Positions 9,676 to 18,388 are shown, numbered from the stretch's first letter. The stretch is 40,133 bases of DNA from Granulicella sp. (GCA_027339965.1 DAHWNL010000032.1:1-40133); one strand, 5' to 3'. Notes: generated by a model from the letters alone, not told the origin. Made by a program: numbers and translations.

Positions 9676-10209
9676 ATGCCACATATCACTCTGCAGGAAG
9701 GACTGCCCGGCATCAGCGCCGGATTCGCTTTTCGCCCCGAGACGGCCAAGCCCATGCGCGAATTGGCTCATATTCTTCTCCATGAGCCGGGGCCGCTAAC
9801 GCCGGGAGAGAGGGAGTTGATTGCCACCTATGTCTCTGCGCGCAACGATTGCTATTTCTGCCAGGCCAGTCACGGCGGTGCAGCCGCTGCGCACCTGGGC
9901 AGCGAAGAGGTGGTGCAGAAGGTGAAGGTGGACCCGGAGGCTGCGCCCGTTTCCGCAAAGCTGAGGGCGCTGTTGAACATTGCCGGCAAGGTGCAGAGCG
10001 GAGGAAAGAATGTGAGCGAGGACGATGTTGCCCGGGCGCGCGAGTTGGGAGCTACGGACCGTGAGATTCACGATACGGTGCTGATTGCGGCGGCTTTTTG
10101 CATGTACAACCGCTATGTCGATGGCCTGGGAACATGGCAGCCGGAAGATGCATCGATGTATGCCCAGATGGGTAAGCATCTGGCAGAGCACGGATACCGG
10201 AAGCCCTGA
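9676..10209 (+). CDS. AhpD/CMD-family peroxidase-related protein (paralog 2)
   Basis: ERELIATYVSARNDCYFCQASH. AAGGAGG RBS before ATG 9676 (MPHITL), matching the starts of the other paralogs. Confidence 0.9.
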   Translation: MPHITLQEGLPGISAGFAFRPETAKPMRELAHILLHEPGPLTPGERELIATYVSARNDCYFCQASHGGAAAAHLGSEEVVQKVKVDPEAAPVSAKLRALLNIAGKVQSGGKNVSEDDVARARELGATDREIHDTVLIAAAFCMYNRYVDGLGTWQPEDASMYAQMGKHLAEHGYRKP

Positions 10210-10242
10210 CGTGGAGCAGTGGTCAGACTGGAGTAACGCCCT

Positions 10243-11562
10243 TTGAATTCTTCAGCCGCTGAACAAGGTTACCCGGAGGAGAGCCTACGGTATCCGGGAT
10301 GGCGAGTGGTGGTGATCTGCCAGATTGGCGTGCTCACCGGAATCGCCACGATTTTCTTCTCCATTTTTACTCTGTTTCTCAAGCCCTGGCAGGTTGAGTT
10401 TGGGTGGAGCAGAGAACAGATTGCGCAGGCGTTCAGCACTGCCGCGATTACGGTCGCAATCTGCTCGCCCCTGATGGGGAGAGTTCTGGATCGATTTGAG
10501 CCGCGGAAGGTGATTGCCGCCATGATGGTGGCCTTCGGGCTGGGTTTTGCGTCGCTTGCCTGGCTGACTCCATCTACCGGACATCTTTATAGCACTGCGG
10601 TTTTTCTGGGCGTGACTGGCACGGGAACCTATCAGCTTGGCTACGCTCGGATTGTGGCCAGTTGGTTCCAGCGCCGTTTGGGTACGGCGCTTTCTGTAGT
10701 GGTAGCCGGCTCAGGCGTGGGGTCACTGTTTTTCCCTCCACTGGTGCAGCACTGCATTACGGTTTATGGCTGGCGCAGCACCACGCTGCTGCTGGCGGCT
10801 CTGCCCGTGCTGCTCGGGGCGCCACTCACCTTCCTATTTGCACCTTCTGCTGGACGTTCATCCGCGCCGCGGGATGAGAGGAAGGATGCAGCGCCGGGAT
10901 TGGGCTGGAGGCAGGCACTGGCGGGCCGCAGTTTCTGGCTGCTGGCGCTTGGAGTGTGTGCGATGTCGTTGGCCGAGAATGGCATCACGGTGCATCTGGC
11001 TCCGATGCTGAGCGATCGCGGACTGGCGGCCTCGCATGCAGCGCTGGTCGTCTCTTTTCTGGGCGGGGCCAGCGTTGGCGGTAGGCTGCTGCTCGGTTGG
11101 GTGCTGGATTATCTTGAGGGATCCTATCTTGCGATGGGTTCGTTGCTATTGGCCGGAGCCGGATTGTTTCTGCTGGGCCACGCGCATAGCTTTCCTGCGG
11201 CGATTGGCGCTGCTGTGCTTGCAGGGCTGGGCATGGGGTGCGAGTTCGATCTGATGCCTTACATTCTGAAACGCTACTTCGGGATTCGTTCGTTTTCCAC
11301 CATGTATGGGCTTCTCTACACGGGCTATGCGACGGCGGGGGCTATTGCTCCGCTGGTGATGGGCAGGATCTATGACGCAACCGGGTCCTATACCGTGATT
11401 GTCTCCATCTTTTCGGGGTGTACTGCGGTTGCAGGCCTTTGCATGTTGGCGTTGCCTGCCTACACCAACGCCGAAGAGATTGCTGTTGGCGCTGAGTCCC
11501 GGGAACCATCGGCGAAGGTTGCGGACGCGCGGGACGACGCTGATCCGGAGTACGTCGGCTGA
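10243..11562 (+). CDS. MFS transporter (OFA/MCT-like)
   Basis: About 12 hydrophobic segments; motif A GRVLDRFEPR and GWVLDY; WFQRRLGTALS. Confidence 0.9.
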   Translation: MNSSAAEQGYPEESLRYPGWRVVVICQIGVLTGIATIFFSIFTLFLKPWQVEFGWSREQIAQAFSTAAITVAICSPLMGRVLDRFEPRKVIAAMMVAFGLGFASLAWLTPSTGHLYSTAVFLGVTGTGTYQLGYARIVASWFQRRLGTALSVVVAGSGVGSLFFPPLVQHCITVYGWRSTTLLLAALPVLLGAPLTFLFAPSAGRSSAPRDERKDAAPGLGWRQALAGRSFWLLALGVCAMSLAENGITVHLAPMLSDRGLAASHAALVVSFLGGASVGGRLLLGWVLDYLEGSYLAMGSLLLAGAGLFLLGHAHSFPAAIGAAVLAGLGMGCEFDLMPYILKRYFGIRSFSTMYGLLYTGYATAGAIAPLVMGRIYDATGSYTVIVSIFSGCTAVAGLCMLALPAYTNAEEIAVGAESREPSAKVADARDDADPEYVG

Positions 11563-11673
11563 GCGTGCTGAGTCTTGCGGGAGATAGAGAGCGCGGGGCT
11601 CCGCTTTGCGGTTGGCGGGGGTGCGGGTGTGCGTCTGCCTGGCCGTAACGGTTTTCGGCAATAATATACAAGG

Positions 11674-11901
11674 CTAACCAAATTCAATTGTAATCCCGGC
11701 TAGAAGCTCCTCTGGTTGAATTACCAATCCTCGGCAAATCTCTTCCATCGTATCCAGCCGCATATTAAACAGGCCGCGCTCGATTCTGCTTAAATAAGGC
11801 CGGGTCAGATTGATGCGTCGGGCCAATTCTGTCTGAGAAATACCCTTTGCCGACCGAATGGTCTGTATACGCACTCCGAGTTGTTCAGCGAAATCATGCA
11901 T
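11674..11901 (-). CDS. XRE/Cro-C1 HTH regulator (controller-protein-like), IS passenger
   Basis: LGVRIQTIRSAKGISQTELARRINLTRPYLSRIERG; the stop codon lies inside the left IR. Confidence 0.88.
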   Translation of the reverse strand: MHDFAEQLGVRIQTIRSAKGISQTELARRINLTRPYLSRIERGLFNMRLDTMEEICRGLVIQPEELLAGITIEFG

Positions 11902-11993
11902 GGATTGTGTAAAGTTTAGCACAATACATGTTTTCCTATGCCACATGCCTTGCCTTTCGTAACCAACAGGAGCATTATCATCCAAGGTGCATC

Positions 11994-12446
11994 ATGGCAA
12001 TCGACCTACAGACCATAGAAGAACGTTTGGCGAAGGCCAAGGAAGAGGCTGCGTTTTGGGAGAAGGCCCGAGCAATCTTGGAGGACCCGAGATTGAAGGA
12101 CCTTATTACGCCACAACCACGCCCGGTATCGTCGGCCCAAAGTACGTTTACGCAGGCGGCAGCGCCTCGCGCCTACGGCGAACTGAAAAGCCGCGTGTAT
12201 GCTGTTTTACCCGACGCCGATACCTACGCAAGCTCGACCACGCAGCAGATCGTGGACAATCTGATCGAAGCGGGCTACGTATTTCAAGCGAAAGAGCCGA
12301 CGATAGCAGTTAACGGGGCGCTGGTAGCGCTTGAGGGCCAAGGGCTCGCGGAGGCGTATGGGAAGCGCGGGAACGCAAAACTGTGGAGGAAGAAGAGACA
12401 GAAAAGGGAGGAGCAAAACCAAGAGGCTCCCGAAGGAGCCTCCTAG
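11994..12446 (+). CDS. Hypothetical protein (N-terminal coiled coil, possible C-terminal winged helix), IS passenger
   Basis: MAIDLQTIEERLAKAKEEAAFWEKARAIL heptad pattern, then TTQQIVDNLIEAGY...VNGALVALE...KLWR; AAGGTG upstream. The fold is inferred. Confidence 0.7.
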   Translation: MAIDLQTIEERLAKAKEEAAFWEKARAILEDPRLKDLITPQPRPVSSAQSTFTQAAAPRAYGELKSRVYAVLPDADTYASSTTQQIVDNLIEAGYVFQAKEPTIAVNGALVALEGQGLAEAYGKRGNAKLWRKKRQKREEQNQEAPEGAS

Positions 12447-12638
12447 ACATTGACGTTAGCCTACACCCGGAGACTTGGTAAGGGCCGAAGGGTGGGCGAA
12501 CAGAGAGGAGGTGAGCAGCTTGCTCCTCTTTATCACAGAGCAGATTGGGGTCCCGCAAGGGGCCCCGTCTGTTCACTGCCACAGTAACCCATTTTCCCAA
12601 TCATTGCAAGATAACCGTTAGGGGAGTACCCTTTTGGT

Positions 12639-12815
12639 ATGAAGATTGAGCCATCCTCATCAAACCAGGAGAACCAGGCATTTACGAATGCCCTTTCTAA
12701 GGTTCTTTCCGCTCCTCGGACAAAGTCAGCAGGTCTCTCGCGGAAACGAACCGAAACACGATCCTCTGGTATCTCTTCCGTAAAGGCCCCCTCAATTGGC
12801 GGCGCTTCGCGTTAG
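12639..12815 (+). CDS. Small basic ORF (58 aa) convergent on the transposase
   Basis: MKIEPSSSNQENQAFTNALSKVLSAPRTKSAGLSRKRTETR...; GGGGAG upstream; its stop overlaps the transposase stop. Confidence 0.45.
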   Translation: MKIEPSSSNQENQAFTNALSKVLSAPRTKSAGLSRKRTETRSSGISSVKAPSIGGASR

Positions 12816-13762
12816 CATGACCCTGCCACCTGTCCGGTAACCTCTACCCAAGTCAGCCGCTTCCCCGCGATCTGCGATAAGGCTATAGCGAATCTGTCAG
12901 CATTCGTTACCTTGGGATCCTTCCGACTGCGATTGTTGAACCGGAACGATTGCTCGTCAAGGTAGCGGAACAGATGGAACGGTGCCACGCTCACATAGGT
13001 TCCATTCAGGCACCGCTTCACAAGGCTCCAGAAGTTCTCCAACCCGTTCGTGTGGATGTGGCCCCGCACGTATTCAGCAGCGTGGTTCACAATTTGGTGA
13101 ACGTATTCCTTTTCCAGTCCCCAATAGGAATGCAGTTCATCGGTCAGAATCTCCGCGCCGGGTTCGACATGCTTCTTGATGTGGCCTTGCAGCGTGGCCC
13201 GCTCCCGGTCATCCACAGCCATCGTGCGAACCTTGCCGCCCCGCTCAAGGATGCCGAAAGCGATGGACTTTCCTCCCCGGTTTGTAAGCTCCATCTTCTT
13301 GAGCCGCTTCGATATGTGCATATTCCGAGCCTTGCCGCCGATGAACGATTCATCTACTTCAACCTGTCCGCCCAGCTTGGTATTGTGTTCGTCCTGTAGC
13401 GCCTTGCGGAGCCTCTGAAGCATGAACCACGCGCTTTTCTGAGTCACGCCGATGGTGGCCGCAACCTCATAGCTGCTGATCCCGTTCTTGCAGTTCACCA
13501 GCATCCACAGCGTCACAAGCCACTTGTCGAGCGAGAGCGGCGAATCTTCAAACACCGTGCCGACCTTGACGGAAAACTGCTTCTTGCAAGCCTTGCACTT
13601 CCAACGCCACTGCGTAGCCAGCCAATAGTGCTCCTGTCCGCCACAATTGGGGCAGGTAGGCTTCCCGTCCGGCCAGCGCATCGCAGCAACCGCATCAACG
13701 CAGTTCTGAGGGTTGGCGAAGAATTTAATTGCCTCTGTTAGGGTTGGCGTCTGTTCGCTCAT
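12812..13762 (-). CDS. IS1595-family (ISXO2-like) transposase
   Basis: Zn ribbon CPNC...CKAC, HTH, VEVDESFIGG, ILTDE, HTNGLENFWSLVKR, YLDEQSFRFN; uninterrupted frame. Confidence 0.96.
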   Translation of the reverse strand: MSEQTPTLTEAIKFFANPQNCVDAVAAMRWPDGKPTCPNCGGQEHYWLATQWRWKCKACKKQFSVKVGTVFEDSPLSLDKWLVTLWMLVNCKNGISSYEVAATIGVTQKSAWFMLQRLRKALQDEHNTKLGGQVEVDESFIGGKARNMHISKRLKKMELTNRGGKSIAFGILERGGKVRTMAVDDRERATLQGHIKKHVEPGAEILTDELHSYWGLEKEYVHQIVNHAAEYVRGHIHTNGLENFWSLVKRCLNGTYVSVAPFHLFRYLDEQSFRFNNRSRKDPKVTNADRFAIALSQIAGKRLTWVEVTGQVAGSC

Positions 13763-13875
13763 CTCGTTAACCTGATAGAACAAGTATGGCTTAATTCCTT
13801 TGGTTAGTCAAGTATATTATTGCCCGGTTTTCTGATGGTACGCAGCAGCGGATCGAGGGATGGATGAAATCCTGC

Positions 13876-15849
13876 TCATTGCTCTTGTCTGGCTGTCTGA
13901 AGGTATTCCACATACCCGAGCAGCGCTCCCCAATGGTAGAAGCGGTCGCTGTTCTTCACGTCGTCGCCCTCGCCGAGGATGGCGTTGTAGTTTTCATGAA
14001 CGTGGCGATGCTGTTGCCACTCGCGGAGAAACAAGGCGTAGGACCTGGACGCTAACGCAGCCTGCGCCGTCGGCAGAGGGTAGTTGCAGAGGCCAAGGTA
14101 GACGAGGTAATTCATGGGGCCCCAGATGCGGCCTCGCCAATAGTTCTGATCGCGAAATGCGGGATCGTTTCGCGCAATCGAGGGGAGCACCCACTGGCCC
14201 CAGAACTCGGCCGGGTTCATCAGGTGTTGCCGCACCATCTGGCTTGCCTGTGCCGCAGTGGGAGCATGCGCCAGCATGGGATAAAAGTTGGTGGGAGAGA
14301 GCCGCCGGCTGAACTTGCCCGTATGCAGATCCTTGTTCAGGTAGATTCCCTCGGCCGGCGCCCAAAGCGTCTGCAACTTCACGCGAAACGCCGCACTGCG
14401 CGCTCGCAATGCCTTCGCATCCGCAGTCTTGTCCAGCACGTCGGCAATGGTGGCCAATGCATCGCAGTCGGCGATGTACAGGCTCATCAGACCGACGTCG
14501 GCGAACTCGAGTCCATGCCGCCTGGGGTCGTATACGGCATCGTCGTACATCGGGCTGTTATCGAGGCCAGACTCGAGGATCGCTCCCGCGCGGGTTCCAC
14601 GCGAGCCATCTTCGAGATTGCCGGGCGGGTTCTGTCCATCGCTGCCCCAGGCCAGGTAGCCGTCCATCTGGCGATGTCTGGGCCACCACTGGTTCCACTT
14701 CAGCAGCGCGGGATAGGCATCCTGAAGCAGCCATCGGTCGTGGTACTTCTGGTACAGGCCAAGCACCGTGATGGAGCCCACAGGGGGCTCTGAGCGGTCA
14801 AAGCTCTTCCAATTTCCACCCCTGGCGTAGTTGGGGATGAAGCCCTCGGCGGTGCTGGTGCGCAGCGTTTCGATGGCGTCCGCATAGGCCAGATCGCGAT
14901 CGCCTACCGACGCCATGGTAGCCGCGAAAAAGGTGTCCCAGTCAAAGATGACGTACCCGCCCCACTGAACGCTCCAGATGCGGCTGACCGGAGAGACGAC
15001 CCGGCCTTGCTCGGGTTCGAAGATTGTGTCCCAGCCCAGCGTGGTCTGGATCGCATCCACGATGGGACTGGTCTTTGCATTGCTGGAGAGCGACGCCTGA
15101 TAGGCTGCATGCTGCCGGTGAAGGATTGCTTTGATCTGTTCCAGGCTGCGCCTATGGCCTGTGCTGATCGCCACGGGACCGGTGAGATCGGCTGCGAAGT
15201 AGGGGCCGCCGACGCCGGGTTGCGGCAGCGTGGCTGGGGATGGTGTTTGGCAGGTGCAGAAGACATGGATGGTTGCCGTGGGCGTGATGGCCTCGATGGC
15301 ATCGCCATGCCAGCCCACCATTCCGGGGCGGTTCCACAGCAAGTCGACGGAAAAGAATGCGGTTGGCGCAAGTCCCCCTGATGGGATCGCCACAGGGCTG
15401 ACCAGCATCACCAGGTCTGCGCCGTCGTGAGCGCTCTGCACCCGCCACTGGTCGGATTTCCAGGACACCTGCAGATCGGTGTAGCTGCCGTCCCACGCAT
15501 GAGGGCCGGGCCTCACCTGCTCCGCTGTGGGATCGAGCCTCCCAATGAGCACCTCGGGCAGAAAGGCATTGCCCGATTCCGTGGTGTTGTGCTCGATGCC
15601 GAGATGGATCGCCAGACCCTCCGGCAGCAGCACCTGAGTGGTGACGCTGCGCGTATCCCAAGTGTTCCATCCCCGCGCCAGACGCTGCTGTACGGCCTTG
15701 TACTCCGCCGACTCCGGCGGCAGCGGAACCACTGCGGCGGCACTTGGATGCGCCTGGCCAAACATGGGCAGCGAATACCCGAATGCCGCAGCCAAAGCAA
15801 CTCTGCAGAGAAACGCCGCAGTGCCTCTGGAAGCAATGCCAACTCTCAT
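13876..15849 (-). CDS. Secreted (alpha/alpha)6-barrel glycoside hydrolase, GH63/MGH1/trehalase-like
   Basis: Signal peptide; FDWDTFF, SEPPV, ESGLDNSPMYD, YWRGRIWGPMNY, HENYN. Confidence 0.85.
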   Translation of the reverse strand: MRVGIASRGTAAFLCRVALAAAFGYSLPMFGQAHPSAAAVVPLPPESAEYKAVQQRLARGWNTWDTRSVTTQVLLPEGLAIHLGIEHNTTESGNAFLPEVLIGRLDPTAEQVRPGPHAWDGSYTDLQVSWKSDQWRVQSAHDGADLVMLVSPVAIPSGGLAPTAFFSVDLLWNRPGMVGWHGDAIEAITPTATIHVFCTCQTPSPATLPQPGVGGPYFAADLTGPVAISTGHRRSLEQIKAILHRQHAAYQASLSSNAKTSPIVDAIQTTLGWDTIFEPEQGRVVSPVSRIWSVQWGGYVIFDWDTFFAATMASVGDRDLAYADAIETLRTSTAEGFIPNYARGGNWKSFDRSEPPVGSITVLGLYQKYHDRWLLQDAYPALLKWNQWWPRHRQMDGYLAWGSDGQNPPGNLEDGSRGTRAGAILESGLDNSPMYDDAVYDPRRHGLEFADVGLMSLYIADCDALATIADVLDKTADAKALRARSAAFRVKLQTLWAPAEGIYLNKDLHTGKFSRRLSPTNFYPMLAHAPTAAQASQMVRQHLMNPAEFWGQWVLPSIARNDPAFRDQNYWRGRIWGPMNYLVYLGLCNYPLPTAQAALASRSYALFLREWQQHRHVHENYNAILGEGDDVKNSDRFYHWGALLGYVEYLQTARQEQ

Positions 15850-15944
15850 CTAAACTCCTTGCTTGCGCAGGCGTCGGCTACCTTCCCATCACTTTCGCTG
15901 CCCGGCTGTTTGGTGTATACCGTGCTGTTGGGCGTTGGCGAGTG

Positions 15945-15972
15945 AGCATCGATTGCAACATGCTATCGATAC
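15945..15972. promoter_or_regulatory. Possible LacI-family operator pair upstream of the GH63-like gene
   Basis: GCATCGATTGCAACATGCTATCGATAC: two ATCGAT-centred sites forming an imperfect dyad about 100 bp upstream of the start. Confidence 0.4.
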
Positions 15973-16303
15973 CAGCACGCTGTCGAATGCAGGCCGCTAT
16001 CCATAGCAGCAAAAGGGTACCACGAGAAGGGCCAGCATCGCCGGGATCTGCGCCCGGAGCACAGTCTCATAGACCGTCTGATCTGCGAGCGCCTTCACCT
16101 CATGTCCAGACCTCGTCAGACCGAGCGCGAGGGCGCCTGGTGCGTCACCATTGCCAGTGATGCGAATTTATTTGTAATTTTATTTCGCTTTCAAACTTTG
16201 AAATCTTTGTCTTCGTTTGCCGGTTGCGCCATGGGTCCGGTGGATTGGCGCGGGATGACCGAGGATTGGATCGGCCTGAGCAGGAACAAAATCGTCCCGG
16301 GCT

Positions 16304-17338
16304 CTATGGCTTGAGGTGGCCGGCGTACTCCGCGTCGACGATGTTGCGCTGTACGGCTTTCATGGTATCTGCGTCCGGCATGCCTGCGGTCATCACGCCC
16401 TCAAAGAAGTAGCCCGTGGCCCAGTTGCTGTTGTCGCCTCCGGTGCCGAGGATGATCGCGCCTTCCTGTTTCATCGGTTGATAGCGCTTCGGTAGAGGGA
16501 TGACGCCAGTGGTGGTCAGGCCGCCGTTCTGGGCGTTGCCCTGGTAGATGGCATAGGAGTGTTGACCGTCGTTGGCGCCCATGTCCGTAACAAAGCTTGT
16601 ACCCGCTGCTACAGGAAGGCGACCGTAGATGCCGTTCTCCATATCCAGTCCCGCAATCGGCCGGCACGGACTGCCCTTGCACTTGATGTTGATCGCATCC
16701 ATGTGGCCGGCATCGTTGTCCAGGTTGTTGATCTCGGCATTCCCCAGGTCAAAACAACACTTTGAGTTCAGATGGAGAGCGGAGGTGACCATGTAGACGC
16801 CTTCGGGCTGACCATCGATGGACGTGCCCACAGGGGCGTCATTGCGATAGCCAACGCCAGGCGATACGGCGATGCCATACACAGGATGTCCGTGGACGGT
16901 GATCGGAAGCGCATCGGCTTTGGCGGGCACGTCGTAGCCATTGGGCCCAGGACCACGAGCTGCGCCGCCCGGCGGCGCAGGAATAAGGTCATTATGCTTG
17001 GGAGACTGGTCGTAGATCTTCACAATGCTGCATCGGGTGTGGGTACAAAAGGCATTCTGCTGTGATGCGTCCGCGTAGCCGTCGCGGAGAAGACCGATAT
17101 TGATGGAGGCCTCATCGGACTGGCGCATCACCTGGTAAAGAGGGCCCCTGTACCCGTGATAAAGGGCGCGAGTGGTGCTGTAGGCGGCGACGCAAGGAGT
17201 TTGTGCGGCAAAGATGTCGCAAGGACGGCGGCTGAAGGCATGCGCGGAGGCGATGCCAACCTGGCAGGTGGCGACTCCCAGAAGAATTCGCCGAAGCCGA
17301 CGAAACTCCGCGAAACAGGATTTAGATCGGGGTTTCAT
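16304..17338 (-). CDS. GH54 alpha-L-arabinofuranosidase B catalytic domain protein
   Basis: PCDIF...PCVAAYSTTRALY, CCFDLGNAE, DMENG, GAIILGTGGDNSN, FFEGVMT; signal peptide; no CBM42. Confidence 0.9.
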   Translation of the reverse strand: MKPRSKSCFAEFRRLRRILLGVATCQVGIASAHAFSRRPCDIFAAQTPCVAAYSTTRALYHGYRGPLYQVMRQSDEASINIGLLRDGYADASQQNAFCTHTRCSIVKIYDQSPKHNDLIPAPPGGAARGPGPNGYDVPAKADALPITVHGHPVYGIAVSPGVGYRNDAPVGTSIDGQPEGVYMVTSALHLNSKCCFDLGNAEINNLDNDAGHMDAINIKCKGSPCRPIAGLDMENGIYGRLPVAAGTSFVTDMGANDGQHSYAIYQGNAQNGGLTTTGVIPLPKRYQPMKQEGAIILGTGGDNSNWATGYFFEGVMTAGMPDADTMKAVQRNIVDAEYAGHLKP

Positions 17339-17665
17339 GGAATATTCGTCCTCTCCTTGGATGTTGAAGGTTGCTTTTCCGGGTTTTCCGCCTCTCGCTT
17401 GGGCCGCAATGTTTACGAGGCGAGAGCCGCGAAAGAAGAGATCATGCATGTATCCCGCCCATCTTAGTCAACCGCAGCGAACCTTGTCCATATGACTGCG
17501 AACTACCGCTATGGCTCTGCCTGGGCCCTCTGGCAGGGTGCTCTGGATTGCGGTTGAATCAAAGCCGAGGGCAGACGAGCTTGGCAACGCCGGCCGGGTT
17601 GCCGGTCCTCCTCCTTTTGGTGGATTGTAAGGGCGCCAAACGGGAGACTAAACTTCCACGTGAAC

Positions 17666-17692
17666 TGTCAGAGCTTCAATGGAAGTCTCATC
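17666..17692 (+). promoter_or_regulatory. Possible ECF41-type promoter
   Basis: TGTCAGA-N16-CATC against the ECF41 consensus TGTCACA-N16-CGTC, 28 bp before a CMD-family gene. Confidence 0.45.
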
Positions 17693-17720
17693 TTCCACTT
17701 CAAATGCAAAGGACAAAAGG

Positions 17721-18293
17721 ATGCCGCACATCAACCTGCCTGATGGACTCTATGGTATTCGCAGCGCCATGGCGTTTCGCCCCGAGACGGCAAAGCCTCT
17801 GAACGAGTTGGCTCAGGTTTTGCTCTCGGATGCTCACACGCTCTCTTCCGGGGACCGCGAGCTGATCGCAACCTACACCTCTTCTCTCAACGACTGCCAC
17901 TACTGCCAGAGCATTCATGGGGCGGTGGCGGCGGCACACCTGGAGGGCGACGAGGCCTTGGTGAGCCGGGTAAAGGCGGACTTTCAGCATGCGCAGATCT
18001 CCGAGAAGCTGAAGGCGCTGCTGGTGATCGCTGCGAAGGTGCAAGAGAGCGGGAGGAAGGTGACCGCGGCGGATGTGGAGCGAGCGCGTGGCCTGGGAGC
18101 GACAGATCTTGAGATTCACGATACGGTATTGATTGCTGCCGCGTTCTGCATGTATAACCGCTACGTGGATGGCTTGGCCACCGTGCAGCCGCAGGACGAG
18201 ACGATGTATCGGGAGCGTGGGAAGATCGTTGCTCGCGAGGGTTACGTCAGGGTCAGCAAAAGCTATCTACCCCAGACGGGCAAAGCCGGCTGA
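17721..18293 (+). CDS. AhpD/CMD-family peroxidase-related protein (paralog 3)
   Basis: DRELIATYTSSLNDCHYCQSIH; colinear with paralog 1 along its whole length. Confidence 0.9.
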   Translation: MPHINLPDGLYGIRSAMAFRPETAKPLNELAQVLLSDAHTLSSGDRELIATYTSSLNDCHYCQSIHGAVAAAHLEGDEALVSRVKADFQHAQISEKLKALLVIAAKVQESGRKVTAADVERARGLGATDLEIHDTVLIAAAFCMYNRYVDGLATVQPQDETMYRERGKIVAREGYVRVSKSYLPQTGKAG

Positions 18294-18348
18294 GGCGGCA
18301 GCGGGTGAGCAAGGCCGTTGGGGCGACCACTTGAGCGGTGGGCGTCAG

Positions 18349-18382
18349 ATACAACCGAAGCGAACCCTCGCGCCGGTTGTAT
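18349..18382. terminator. Hairpin between convergent genes
   Basis: ATACAACCG / CGGTTGTAT 9-bp stem plus inner GCGA/TCGC; no clear U-tract. Confidence 0.45.
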
Positions 18383-18388
18383 TGGTCC

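Larger units (their letters stand above)
11657..13824 (-). mobile_element. IS1595-family element with passenger genes (2168 bp)
   Basis: 26-bp terminal IRs GGCAATAATATACaaGgCTAACCAAA (11657-11682) and GGCAATAATATACttGaCTAACCAAA (reverse complement of 13799-13824), 23/26 identical. Perfect 8-bp TSD CGGTTTTC at 11649-11656 and 13825-13832. Transposase inside. Confidence 0.96.
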
